A DNA stretch of 64,000 nt, taken from Halocafeteria seosinensis (taxonomy: Eukaryota). Below are positions 9,301 to 20,800 of this stretch, one piece after another (the first letter of the stretch is position 1; every line of letters starts with the position of its first letter). The notes beneath the pieces are model-generated. The model saw nothing but the letters and a program-made list of their open reading frames with translations, made no database searches and was not told the origin of the DNA. The position numbers and the translations under genes were made by a program. The DNA is taken from the NCBI GenBank assembly GCA_001687465.1, contig LVLI01000194.1, forward strand, positions 1 through 64,000, given 5' to 3'.

Positions 9301-11548
9301 ATGCGGATACCTCACTATTTTCATGCTTTGGCGGAACACACGATTCATCCGTACCTGTTGCCCCTGCCGACGACGTTTCCCTGGTTTCCTCGTCTTGTTC
9401 TCTTGTATCTTGGATTACTTCGTGTGTAACTGAGGCGCTTGCACTTGATGACAAATCATGCCCCCTACCCGTTTCTTTCTGCTTGAACAGCCGGTCTGAA
9501 CCACACTTTCCTACGACGTTCATACTCGTGTTAGCATCACTTGCGACTGAACCTGAATTTGTCCCGTTGCACTCTCTTTCTCTCTTTTTGGTCATAGAAA
9601 AAGTCTTCTGAGAATGCGAACAAAAATCGGCTACGGTAACAGACACAAAGGGTACTAGCTTACTGCGGTGAGAATTCGCTACTTCATCAACTACCCTCTG
9701 TGCTTCCAGAGCTCTGTCTGAGTCCGCGCCCACATCACATAAGTCAGCTGAACGTTGACTTAGTTCGTTAGGGCTGTACAGAAATCCCTGAGAAAAGTCA
9801 GATGCGGAGTTCTCCGTAGCTGATTTCTTTAACGGAGTTTTCTTTTGTTCATGCTGAAGTTCTCCCAATCGCGATTTTGCTAGCTGCTGGATTTCGTTAT
9901 TCTCTTTGTCCATGATAAAGTTCGCTTCATAATCCGAAAGAATTCTCTTTCCATTGCTACTTTGGGGATCCAAATACCTCATAGAATGTCTTCGTAGGAT
10001 GCACACATCCAACAGCGGCGCGACTCCTCCACCCGGAAACACCGAAGTTAAGTGAGTCTTCGTCGTTCTCTCCGGTTGATGCCCTAACCTGGATGAGGAG
10101 TGCGCAATTTGAGTTCCATTGTATGGGAGTTTCAAAATTGGAGTTTTCAATTTCGACGATGAAACCATACCACGACCACGGCATGAGGCATGTTTCCAAG
10201 TAAACATGGGGTATAGGCAATTCGTACAGCACTCCAACGGGTCAGCTGGCTCAAATGAAGTGGGTTTTTCAGTGTCACCAGACAAAGAAGCACCACTGAC
10301 TCTGAGCTTCATGCCCACATAAATTTTACCATAAGAGATAAGATATGAAGTTAATAGGTCCGGCCAAGCTTCTATACTATACCAACCGTCAGTAAGCTCC
10401 ATTGTAAATTGAGACTCCTCGGTGGGTCCTCGTCTAGACGTTATATTCGCCACGACGAGCACTATAAGGCGCTCTGCTCTTTCATCTCCCTCAATTATTT
10501 TCCGTAAAGGCGGACGACGCCCTTCTGAATACTCAATACGATACCGTTTCTGCAATTGTTGTATTACATTCTTCCACGTCAGCCGACATGGGGTGAATCG
10601 CCGCAGACTCATTCGTTCGTAACATGCTAGCTTCCAAACAACCCAACGATAGTGGTTTGCCACCCATGATGGAGTAATGAAATTGGTATTGACGCCACTA
10701 ACGGATGTGAGCTCGCATAGAGCATCTGTGGGGTCATATAACGGGACTGACTCGGTGCTTGTACCGTCAATCACCGGAGATCCATTTGTTGAATTAAAAG
10801 AGACGAAAACTGCATTAGCTGACGAAATGCGCCAGTAAGGTTGTACTTCTTCTTCGTTTACAGGCTTGAGATCTGCAGGGCCCCAAAATATGGGTCTACA
10901 GGTAACTTGTTTCTTCTTCGCCGGTGTTCGGAAGGGAAGCGATCGGGCAATTTCACTGTATCCATTTTCTGACTGCGAAGACGAAATGGTTCTTGGTTTC
11001 TTAAACGATGAATGCACCAGTTTCTGCGGGTTTGAGTGGTTCGAAACACTGGAATATTTGCCCGTTGACTTATGTGCGTCGTGCGCGCTCTGGCCACGAG
11101 GGGTATTCCGGGTCCCTGTTCCTGGTGTCGGTACTTCCGGCTGTCTCTTGCTCCTTGTCTTCGGGGTCCCGGTTGAATTAAGCTCACTCGAAGTACGAGA
11201 GCCTCCATTACGTCCAATAAGAGAGGAGGAATGGGAGAGTATTTCATCGTCCTGGGGGTCCGAGACGCTCGGTGGGACAGTGCGTTTTCTGTTGCTCGAG
11301 ACTCTAGGCCGTTTGGGGTACGTGGACGCCTGTTGTGGATTAAAGTCTCTGACTTCTTGATCCAGAGATTCTGAAACGTGACTCTCCACTTTGTGTTCCT
11401 CATTGGTTCCGAATACTTCAGCCAAGTACCCATCAAGAAGTTCCCGTTCTTCCTGTGATGCTAGAGGGTTGTGTAATCGCCCGTCAATCGTCCACCGCTG
11501 TTGTTGGGAGCTAGATTTGTGTTTCTTACGAGCACTCGATGACGACAT
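6332..11548 (-). CDS. BRCA2: BRCA2 homolog (helical domain, OB1-OB3, 8 BRC repeats), single exon
   Basis: WVANHYRWVVWKLACYE, QLQKRYRIEYSEGRRPPLRKIIEGD, MELTDGWYSI, GKIYVGMKL, TIWGVTEEELDSLKEGSR and LVDFVGIVLHV match BRCA2 DNA-binding-domain motifs. There are eight F-T/V-S-G-x-G/S-x-x-V/L-x-V-x-x-x-S/T-L-x-x-A repeats. First ATG is at 11548; the reading frame stays open to 11620. Confidence 0.95.
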   Translation of the reverse strand: MSSSSARKKHKSSSQQQRWTIDGRLHNPLASQEERELLDGYLAEVFGTNEEHKVESHVSESLDQEVRDFNPQQASTYPKRPRVSSNRKRTVPPSVSDPQDDEILSHSSSLIGRNGGSRTSSELNSTGTPKTRSKRQPEVPTPGTGTRNTPRGQSAHDAHKSTGKYSSVSNHSNPQKLVHSSFKKPRTISSSQSENGYSEIARSLPFRTPAKKKQVTCRPIFWGPADLKPVNEEEVQPYWRISSANAVFVSFNSTNGSPVIDGTSTESVPLYDPTDALCELTSVSGVNTNFITPSWVANHYRWVVWKLACYERMSLRRFTPCRLTWKNVIQQLQKRYRIEYSEGRRPPLRKIIEGDERAERLIVLVVANITSRRGPTEESQFTMELTDGWYSIEAWPDLLTSYLISYGKIYVGMKLRVSGASLSGDTEKPTSFEPADPLECCTNCLYPMFTWKHASCRGRGMVSSSKLKTPILKLPYNGTQIAHSSSRLGHQPERTTKTHLTSVFPGGGVAPLLDVCILRRHSMRYLDPQSSNGKRILSDYEANFIMDKENNEIQQLAKSRLGELQHEQKKTPLKKSATENSASDFSQGFLYSPNELSQRSADLCDVGADSDRALEAQRVVDEVANSHRSKLVPFVSVTVADFCSHSQKTFSMTKKRERECNGTNSGSVASDANTSMNVVGKCGSDRLFKQKETGRGHDLSSSASASVTHEVIQDTREQDEETRETSSAGATGTDESCVPPKHENSEVSAWLPRFTSGSGKRVEVKKESLEKAKTFLDDMVSESESLQSNATGSNCCEIPSSASSLDGNLSVSFPEEAMKVMTNDAEKPSDASADTQVSQPSTSLSGQQLLGFTSGLGKTVTVSEQSLKRARRFLSDVAEPSSHEHEVTQNSISETSQVNALQHQTEKDKPAKCSGGGDVWATVPSSTANADVSLGAGHSSLGFTSGSGKPVTVSQASLDKARRFVTESCDSTLNGCVDATCEQWESASAQFPVESSFPSFTSGTGRPVTVSRRSLQKASCFLSDTVREASIPSCNDVYDGSQEPTPPFPGFTSGSGKHLNVNASTLETARAFVQQVSSAPVQDLETSEQLRDDSPGTAVSSNAFAAGELHKIVEGESTISQSRPGTATGTVRIGIPSVEVGVTSVEQSGMLEQMPAKSQVLQSAGAAAGQPLGFVSGLGTRVTVGEESLKKAQRFLSDVAENTSHCSEASNSVSLDTFTSSPKAMQQDPDDGRQGNSGNDVGVSIGPPSTLSSSSAPTTKAEVSVLGFTSGLGKRVTVSEVSLDKAKRFVTELPESSVSQVRDAPSEEEHSMHVNPLPSSSCSNFTSGTSKAVPVSEASLKKAEHYVEGGSEHKRESACTKESIEGTMECSDATSPSRGNRTGTTTNSLVLEEAEQGEGIIWNSASLEALDRIEHKRWDSNTLAADENSQTALNPLAEHCYNPFIFADPVQVPKGTQGLKNGAPFRCQNSRRHCTVTIWGVTEEELDSLKEGSRLQFIEGHVRENYSESSREGTKQYFVHNSSGAAHKLLLSVSSLPRCSITAKSNNIARYGRPGVSLEYVPRFATNIAHIIHGQTVAADTSDRLWSQYVEEGPRLVDFVGIVLHVVCNQTDDSFSSATLFLIDESLYVASIEISGTADKLESLRFAMKQDNVVSMLDVWYSATDTNIGIARCSFTDYSRIMLQPNAAVDTRVRHLKQRWKAVKEWAAEEDVAFQICAYRAQLQALLAGDTTTPSLMS
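7500..9295 (-). repeat. Array of 8 BRC repeats within BRCA2
   Basis: FTSGSGKRVEVKKESLEKAKTFL, FTSGLGKTVTVSEQSLKRARRFL, FTSGSGKPVTVSQASLDKARRFV, FTSGTGRPVTVSRRSLQKASCFL, FTSGSGKHLNVNASTLETARAFV, FVSGLGTRVTVGEESLKKAQRFL, FTSGLGKRVTVSEVSLDKAKRFV, FTSGTSKAVPVSEASLKKAEHYV. Confidence 0.92.
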
Positions 11549-12612
11549 AGTGACGTAATGCTGTAAGTATTTGAATATTAAGCGTTCCTTCCCGTCCGGC
11601 TTCCAATTCTTCTTGTCCACACCGAGAATCCCACGAACGCAAACTTCGTCGTATTATTACAGGGTCATTTCAAGCGTCCTTATGCAGATGTCAATACCTA
11701 CGATTCCTACTTCCGGCGTGTTTCACGGGCCATGCGGGCATCGAGTGAACTATTTATAGACACTAAAAACGAACGCGTTTGTGACGAAAAGAATTCAAAA
11801 CAAGGGGAAAACAAACCATGCATTAAGAACATCCACAAGCCTTCCGGTACATGAGAAAAACCATGAGCATTAGTTACTTATTTCTTAGATGAATATCTAA
11901 CAAAACAACAGATACATCCCAGTGGAAATAACAAATAAAGCACGCTAAACGCATGTCTTTTCTCTCGCTGGGCGAAAACTGTTTGTGAAGTTGACGCTAC
12001 GGTGTTCGACTTCAAGTGGGCCAAGTCGAGCTGCGGGGCGGTACAGACTGCAGACGCTGATGAGCCGAGAATCTCATGAGGGTGGTAAAAGTGTCGCTTA
12101 AGCATTAATGCATTCTGTCACGATTATTCCTAATTAGTACAAAGATTGGGTGTTCTAACATGTATTCTCAAGTCCAGTCCTTCTGGGGATGCTTGACAAT
12201 GAAACCCTTGTTGATTTCATGTCCAAATCGCACATACCTTCATTAAAGCTTGGTATTCCGTTTCATCGGCTGCTCAAAGAACGAGTTCGTTCATAGACGC
12301 CAACTATGGCAATTTTGGTCTATTACGTGTCATTTGAATTCTGCCGAGTCTGTAAAATCTCGCGCGCCATATCACCAAACTGTCTCTCTCGCCAATGCGA
12401 AGCAGTACAGGTTACACAACTTTATAGGACCGGATTGTTGCTTTGACAGAATAAAGAAGGATTCGTACAAATATACACAGTGAAACGTTTCTGCAGAATT
12501 AGCCGCAGGGGATTTCATAAGTCATCCGCAATCCAGCCTCTTTCGCGCGCGCGCTGTGTAGTCTGCTCGCGGGATTTTGTACGTCAAACAGATTCCAGTT
12601 GAATTCAAAGCC

Positions 12613-14408
12613 ATGGCGCGGTTTGGAGTGTACCAGGTAGACGAATACAAAAAGAAGAAAACGTAAGACTAGCTGGCGATGCTCAAATGCCCCAGTATCG
12701 TGATACTTTCGAGCCAAGTTCACATTTTGCTAACGCAGGAGAGCCGTGCTAAGGAGGCAGTCTAAAGACAAAAGATATATTTTTGGAGCATGTGGAAGGC
12801 ACACTTCACATTATATGGATGGACTAAGGGTGGCCTCCTGGAAGTACGTGTGTCTTGCTGCCCTGTATCACAGGCTGCTGGAACGGTTCTGTAATCGGCA
12901 CAGGATCTATCGGAAGTCTGTGAAACCTTTAGTGTTGAAAGCTGTATCAGATATCATGGCTTTACTATACCCTTCGAAGGAAACCTCTTTGACATACGAA
13001 GTACAAAGCCTGCATGAAACAGTCCGAAGCCATGAGGAAAGAATTCGCAAGCTAGAGGAGGCAAGGCCCAAGGTTCAGTTGACTCACCAGAAGAGCGTTG
13101 AGACTCATACTTTGTCTGCCTATCATCACAAAAACGCAAGAGAGGAGGACCGATCCAATTGTCGAAAAGTTAGTAAACTTCTAGAAGGTTCCAGCTTGAT
13201 GGTTTGGCTCACAGTAGGTCGTTCTGCAGGACTCGGGGCATGGCCAGAAGATGACGTCAAATACAATACCCACACACCCAGAAAAATCCGAGGCCACTGC
13301 AAGCCCGAAAGACGAAAGTGGAACCAAAAGACCATTTGACGCACTTGAGTTGCAGCGGAGCGCCAAGAAATTACGGAGGCCCACTGGGCACGAACGAACC
13401 CAAGTGGGCAGCAAAGCTGACAAGGCAAATCCGCGACGGACCACCGCAATCGATCCAACTGTATTGTTGGGAGCGAAAGCGAAACTGAAATCCCAATATC
13501 AAGATATACAAACTAATAAAAAGGTGGATGCAAAGCAAAATACACCCTCGCGTGCTATTGGCATCACCGCGAATGCGCTCCAAGGGGCGAAAGCGAAGCT
13601 CCGTGAGGCAACAGCAGTTGAGAGAACAACCGGGAACGACGAACGGAGTAGCAGCAACACTCTCCATCGAACTCGCACAGATATATCCGCCAATACACTA
13701 AACGCTGCTAAGGCAAGGCTTCGCTCTGGGGGCAAGTCCGCAACCATTCACGATAATGTGCAGTCGGCGATACACGAGCAGAAAGGACACGTTGAGTCGC
13801 CTAGCAATTTGATAACATCTCAAGCTCTATTTTTCGCTAAAGGACAATTGAAGAAGGTAAACGAGGAGACAAAGAAAGATCCATCTGAGGAAAGTGCACA
13901 GAATAATCAAGGAAATGGGCTTCTTCAGCAGGTTTTGAAGTCGTCGATGCTCAAGAGATTCCAAGAATCAGGAGTTTCAGACACAACCGGCGGGTCGTCC
14001 TTGGCATTCACAAAAAACTCTCATAAGGAAAATGTCGAGCAACCTCTTAGCGACCCCAGCTACAAGAGCAGTCGCAAAGCTGCTTTCAACAACCGGACGA
14101 ATTCCCCTAGTAGGCCGTTGCAGTTGAACGACGCTTCATTGAATGGAATCAAGTCGGGGTTACGTAGTACCCCACAGAAGCGGTCCCCTGGAGGGACACC
14201 TGTTAAGAACAATCCGAAGGTGAACTCACCTCTTAATCCGGGGCAAAACGTGTCTGATACCAGAGGGGGTCGAGGGAGCTGCCACGGAGACTTCCTGAGG
14301 GATGCTCTAGCGAAGCGGTTTGCAGTGATTCATGGTGAGAAGGACAGTCCCGCCAGTAGTACGGATAGCGAAGGATCCACAACACCTCTTCGACAACACC
14401 TTCTGTAA
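12613..14408 (+). CDS. PRR11/MTFR-like protein with repeated WH2-like (I/L-x-x-x-x-L-x-x-A-K-x-x-L-K/R) motifs
   Basis: Probably spliced, using ORFs 12746-13339 and 13251-14408. Repeats: LLGAKAKLK, LQGAKAKLR, LNAAKARLR, LFFAKGQLKK, LNGIKSGLR. The C-terminal RSPGGTP...LRDALAKRFAVIH resembles the PRR11 C-terminus as I recall it. The start is inferred. Confidence 0.5.
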
Positions 14409-14825
14409 ATCACAGATACTTCTGTGGTCCATGTTTGTGCGTTATCCATTCACTGGATTAAACCAGCGGGTTTACTGTGCTTGGGTCGAGCGAGAGGCGA
14501 AGGTCGTCTTCGTCCATGACAACCCAACAATCATTTTGCTCGGCCTCGTGTCCGAGATTCTCTGGTCTCCGCTGGAATGAAGCTTGTCATTGTCATGTAA
14601 GTTTGTTTTGGCACTTTGTAATATTTGTATATTGTGCAAATGATAATACCAATTGATTGAGTGTGTAAAGCCAACCAAAGGAATCTCTCTCTGTTCTCCC
14701 TTTCGGGGAGTAGTCCACACACACTGTAAGGTGTGGAGAACCTGTAGTCCCCTCTTTCTACCCATCTTACGCTTTATTCACGCTTAATTTAGTTTTTTTC
14801 TTGAAGCCATAATCGGTAGGGGATA

Positions 14826-17800
14826 ATGTCTCATGATACTCGTGCTCCTCGCCAGCATGTCTCCACCACAGGTGGCGAAGGCAGCAAACACAAAGATATA
14901 CACGTCCAAGCAGTAAATGCTTGGAGTGGCGTGGTAGATGCTTTCGAAGCTGAGTACCGATGTAGGACTAACCTTAGCGAAGAGACTCAGAGGCACAAAC
15001 TTGTGGATGACCCAATTTCGGCGGCGTGGCTCTCCCAAAGCAAGACGTACGTAGCGGATGGCATCATCCTTGGAAGGTTACATGCCCCCCTGAATGTCTC
15101 AGTGGAATCTTGATTGTCTATTTTGTACAGGCAATTCATATCTGCTTGGAAACATATGGCTAATATTGAAGACCCAGAGAGACTGCGTAAGGACTACGCC
15201 TCAGTGTTGATCAATGATGAGGTGAGGATATGCAATCGAAGTCTGCGGCTATTACAGCTTTCATATCTCGGGTATCTCCTATTCTACAGAAATCTATTCA
15301 AAGGGCATTGCAGGCTCTAGCAGTTGATATCGTGGCGCTACAGCACATTTTCCGGTCACTGGAAGGAAGGGAGCGTTTTGCTGAAGTATATAAAGCTGTA
15401 GAAGGGATCTTAATTGCATGCTTGGGACACTTCTGGCCGAACGCTCGGCGAAGAGCCATCCGTCTATTGAACATTCTTTATGATGGCGTCAATTGGCAAT
15501 TAGATAGCCCATTCCAACCCATCATTTGCACTACAGAAGATTCTTTTGAAATCAACGTGTCGGTCTCGTCGGCTTGCCGCGGCAACGAAGACTTTAGGTT
15601 CCTCGTATGTGCTCCCAGTTTCAATATGAATTCTCCGAGGTCTAATATGGTTACCATTCACTCTCCCACGTACAAAAGAGAGCTTGAATCGAGGACCGAC
15701 CTCCAATTACGATTACCAATGTTTCCCCGATGTGGGTTTTATGACTGGCGGATTGTGAGAGTATCCGAAGAGGGTGATATTTCCACCGTATATCTGCCCG
15801 CTGAAGATGATGGTTCGGCACCGGGCGGTAACTCCATGACGCTTGGTGGTATTGCTCAAGGAAGGTATATTGTACATCCTGCTTCCTTACGGTCCGACTA
15901 TTACCACGAAGTCATTGTAGATGATGTCGGTATGAAGATCGACTACGAAACTGGAGAAGTATCAGAGCACGGAACATTCGAGAATGTGCGCAACCAGCTT
16001 CCGGAGTGGCGGTCAGAAGGATACACCGGTCTGCTCCTGGTTGGCGCTCAGGAAAGAGACAACGGATGGATGGAATCCGATAGTGCCTTGAAGCGCCATC
16101 AAGAGCAGCTTTCGAGGATGAAAGAGCTTGCATTATCCACTGCGTTCTACGATGATAGTGCCAACAAGGTAAAACGGAATACCGCATCTCTGCGAAAGCT
16201 TGGTGTATCTGGAGGGGACGTAGAGAGCGTTGCGTCCGACGAGAAGGATGATCCCGAGCAACATGCAAGAATTCAGACTCCCGTCGATGAAACAGCGGAT
16301 GCATTTGCACGGGATCAGTTTAACCCAGGTTATATTATTCATAGTGGAGATCATGGGGACGATGAAGACCTGGAAGAAGCGTACGAGTCTCTCACCCCGG
16401 ACCAGCGTGAAAAGCTTCGCAATAAACTGGCTAACGAAATGCCTACCCGTTTTGGTTATCGAGAATTCGCTTCAAGACCGGATGCAAACCCTTTTTCGCT
16501 TGTCCAAAGGGCTACACCTAACCGAATGCTGGGCGGAGAGTTAGAATTTATCCGCTTACTGCAGAAGGCCAATGAGGAAGAGATTCGCGTAATTCTTCCT
16601 TTAACTGGAGGTGTGGCTGCTTCAAGATACCACCGGCAATACCGAGGCCTTACATGTTGTACGCTGGATACGTCGGGGCAGCGCGTTACACATCCTGGCT
16701 CCGATGGTAATGAAAACCAATGGGAGGATCAAGTGCTATTAAATTACCGTAAAGTTGAATCCTGGGACTTGCTTGTGGACGAAATGGAAATTCTGGTGAC
16801 CGAGTATAATGCTGGCGGAATTTATCTTGCCGATGCCCAAAGCTTTCCCTTCATTTTCGCCCTCGATTGCAGTGAAATGTTTCGACGGGATGTAGACGGA
16901 GAAATGCACTACACACCGGAAGAAATATTGTTTGGGGAAGTTGTTTTGAATAATAACGAGCAAGGATATTGGTCTGACGCAGTGGACGCCTCGGAAAAGT
17001 GCTATAAGAAGTTTCAAGAATTTCAGGAACAGATTGATATAACGTCTCAAGAACTGCAGGACTTTTCGAAGTCGCTGCTTGGTCCGACCAACGTTGGATT
17101 GTATCCTAATCCTCTCTTAGTGAAATTGGCTCGTCATCTGTGGTCGATTAATCCACATGCGGGTATTTTTGGGGAGTGCCACTGGGGTCGCCAAGCAGGT
17201 CTAGGGAGGTCAGGAATAATTCCCCACTCGCAATCCCTGACTTCCGCTCTAGCTGCTACCAACGGGCGAGAAATCGACAAGATGGGAATAATTCATCAGA
17301 AGCCAAAGCAAGCGGAATTTCCGATAAGCTCGCTGAAACAATTTTTCGATTACGAACTAGCTACAGTTCCCCAGGGGTTGTCCAATCTCCAGTTGCGGTC
17401 TCTTAGCTCTTCTCGCTATCCGTACCCGGCATTTGTTTTTGGTCGAACCGCTTGGACAGCTGTGGATGCTATGTTCTCTCTCCCTGGTATTCCCATGACG
17501 TTTGAACAGGAAACAAGTGGACAAGCGTATAGGATGGACATTTCAGGCTCATACGTAGTGAACAGCTCGTTCCAGGAAGATGAACTCAAGCGTGCAAAGA
17601 AGCGAAGAGACCGAGAGCGAGCACGTGTAGCGGCAGCTTCTTCCAAATTCCTCCCGCATATACAGCAGCAGTTGCTCTCGGATGTGTCTCATTCCAACAA
17701 GAGCTCCAATTCTGATACTCCAAAAAGTGAAACACCCGCTGAAGAGTCTCACGAAACGCAGGCATCTCTATCTTTCCTTCCCACTGATCCAGAGTTAGGG

Positions 17801-20800
17801 AGTAACTACAGCGGACACATGGGCGTCGGAGGAGTCATCCCGCCGATACAGACAGATAGACCTACTTCGTCAAGGCAACAGCCAAAGCAACAGTCGTTGT
17901 ATAAGCAATCATTTTTGTCAAAGGGCGGAAACAAAGAGCAAAATCCCCGGTCTAGTATACCGAACGTAAGTAGCTCCCCTGCGTTGCACACATTGCTTTC
18001 ATCGGGCGACAGAGCGTTCGATGAGTATTCGCAATATGATGAAGTTAGGTCGTCTCAAGAGGACGAGAGTACGGAAGGAAGAAGGGAAAGATCCGATTCG
18101 TCGTTGCCAGCTGACGTTGCAGGAGTTGGAGGACGTCAATTTGATTTCCTCGATATCTCAGATGAAGCTGTTAAGAACGAAGAAACACTATTCACATACG
18201 AGCTTAAGCGGCGTGAGACGGGATCTATGATTTCTGAGTCGCGAGACCAATTTAACGCCGCTGCTCTTTTGCTTAAAAATATATTACGATATTCTCCTGT
18301 TTGTAACTCGAAGCAACAGGCTATGAAATCGTGGATTCCGGTTGAGGGTATTAGGCTTGCTTTGGGGGAAGGAGAGCATGAGCAACAGGCACTAACTAAA
18401 GGAGAATTCTCTGCACGTGTGCAGAAGTTGAACACATATCAAAGGGATTTAACCCATCAAATTGGTCCTGAATTCGGATTTGACTTAACCAAGATATGCG
18501 AGCACTACAATCACCGGAGAACGTTGAAGAGTCAGTATTTAGTGTTTCACTACGGACATGCCGCTGTTTTGCGGGCTGAGCATCGCTTTGGAGAACATGG
18601 ACATGTGTTTGCGTTCGCACGCATTTTGAACTATGGAGATGTGCCGCCGAACGTTCTGGCGCAGTACGGCTTAAGCCGGTCTACGCACACAGAGGCAGAT
18701 GAGATCGCGATTGTGGCTTGCAACTTCAACACATCTCAAAGCACGATCTTCGTCGACTGCTCCGAACTCTACCGATACCTGGGTGCGTCTAGGCACAAAG
18801 GCAACAATCCCTCGACTGTGTCTGGGCTACAAACTCACGATTCTATGTCTAGTCTTGTAGAAAGCTCTCAATCCACCCCTGCAGACAACAGGACACTCCG
18901 GGCCTCAGGTTCGGAACTGCGTCTAGAAGGTGCCATCTGGGAAGTGAGGGATGTCTTCCAGAGCCCGGGTTTGGATCCGAGTGATGCCACTGCTGCAACA
19001 GATCTTTCTAATGCCGGTCCTCTCGTAGCAATGCTAACATCTGATGAAGCAGCGTTTGCACCGACGATGACGACCTTGCAGCCACATTCTTCATTCTGTT
19101 GGCTGTACAGTAGGAAAGAAAAGGAAGCTGATGGACACGGATTGGACTACAGTACACGTCCTCCACCACCTCCCGGTCATTCTTCAGCTTCCACTCGTAG
19201 AAACTCAGTCAGGACTTCACCTTCAGATATGCAGTGGCTTTTTGCGTCAGCCTTGCTAAGGTGGCAAAGTGTCATCCGCTTGAAGGAAGCGTCAGTTGGA
19301 ACGGCAATTGAACCGGTATCGTTGACAGAGGCTGAAGCTAACGGGTTTATTCACTCTGAGAGAGCGAAAACAGAGTATAAAGAGATTTTCCCTTTCCAGA
19401 TGACAGGAGAGCAGTCAAGTGAGCATGAGCGGTGGATCGGCCCCAGTGAGACGTTAAGGGACGATGAGATTCAACGCTTTGGTCGCCACAATGTGGTTTA
19501 CTCTATTTGTTTGAGCGTAGTACGTTCCGTGGTGCAGAAATGTGCTGATCTAAGCCGAAAGACGACAGAAGCGACTACCCACGACCCAAATGATAGGGCG
19601 TGCGGGTTTGCTCCCGTTCCCCAAGCACCGCGCATCCAATTAGATGGAGATGCCCTCGAAGAAGTGGTTCAATTTGCAACTGATAGACTGGTTGCAGCTC
19701 TGCGCATATTTGTACAGCACTGGGGCTTGGAATCGAACGACGGGGACTTGACTAGCCGCTGCCTCCCTCTTTTGAGAATTAACCCATCTAGTGTGACTTG
19801 TGGGAGAATCAACGTGAACACGGCTACTGTCTTGGTAAGAAGCGCATTGTTCCTCGCAGCGAAAGAGGATTTTTCGGGAATTCACAGCGATGCAGGGCAA
19901 TGCGACCCCACCGTGGTTATGCAAGCTTTGGTTCGTGCCGCGAAAGGTTCATCTAAGAATAACGTGGAAGAGCCTGTTAAGCAATTCGCGTCAAGTATCT
20001 TGAAACTCAACAATGCCTGCCCAATAGTGTTTGTGACTCCCGAACTTGGAAAATGGTCCACTGTGGGCGGCTTAGGAGTAATGATAGATGAACTGACTGT
20101 TGGACTTGCACAACTTGGTGCTGATGTCACTGTAGTATCTCCGTACTATGATGTAGACCGGAAGGGTAGAAAAGATTACCTTCGACCAGATGGAATCTTG
20201 TACACCGGCAAAAACATTGGCGTGTGGGTCGGAGATGAGAGGCTTGAATTTGGTGTCCACGAAGGCGTCGTGAATGGAGTAAGACTACTGTTCTTGCATA
20301 ACCCGCTGATATTTCCCAAACCCTACCCTGGACTAGACGCGTGGTTTCAGGTTCGAGTGATGTCAGCCATGGCCAAAGCCACGTTAGAGGTACTCTGTCA
20401 GTGGGAACTGATCCCGCGAGTGGTGGTGACTAACGATTGGTTTACTGGAATGATTTCCGCCTACGCTAGACGACCCGAGTGTTTTGGTACTGTATTCTTG
20501 GAGACCGACTTCATTCATATTGCTCACAACCTTGACCCGTCTTATGAGGGCCGATTGTACCCAAAGCCTCAGGACGGCCGATTGGAACCTCTACATGGGC
20601 TACCTGCTCATCTGTTAGTGGATCCCCATTGGGCTGATATTGTTATTAATCCCACACGCTGTGCGCTTCTTTGCAGCGATACATGGGCTACAGTAAGCCG
20701 GAGCTATAAAGAAGATCTGCTCAATGGATCTCCTCTGAGACCATTACTCCGACTCGCTCCAATGCCGTTTGCCCATCCTAATGGAATCCCCGTCGGATCG

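Noticed and set aside
7248..9611. Several plus-strand ORFs overlapping BRCA2
   Set aside because: They are antisense shadows of the Ser/Thr-rich BRC region.
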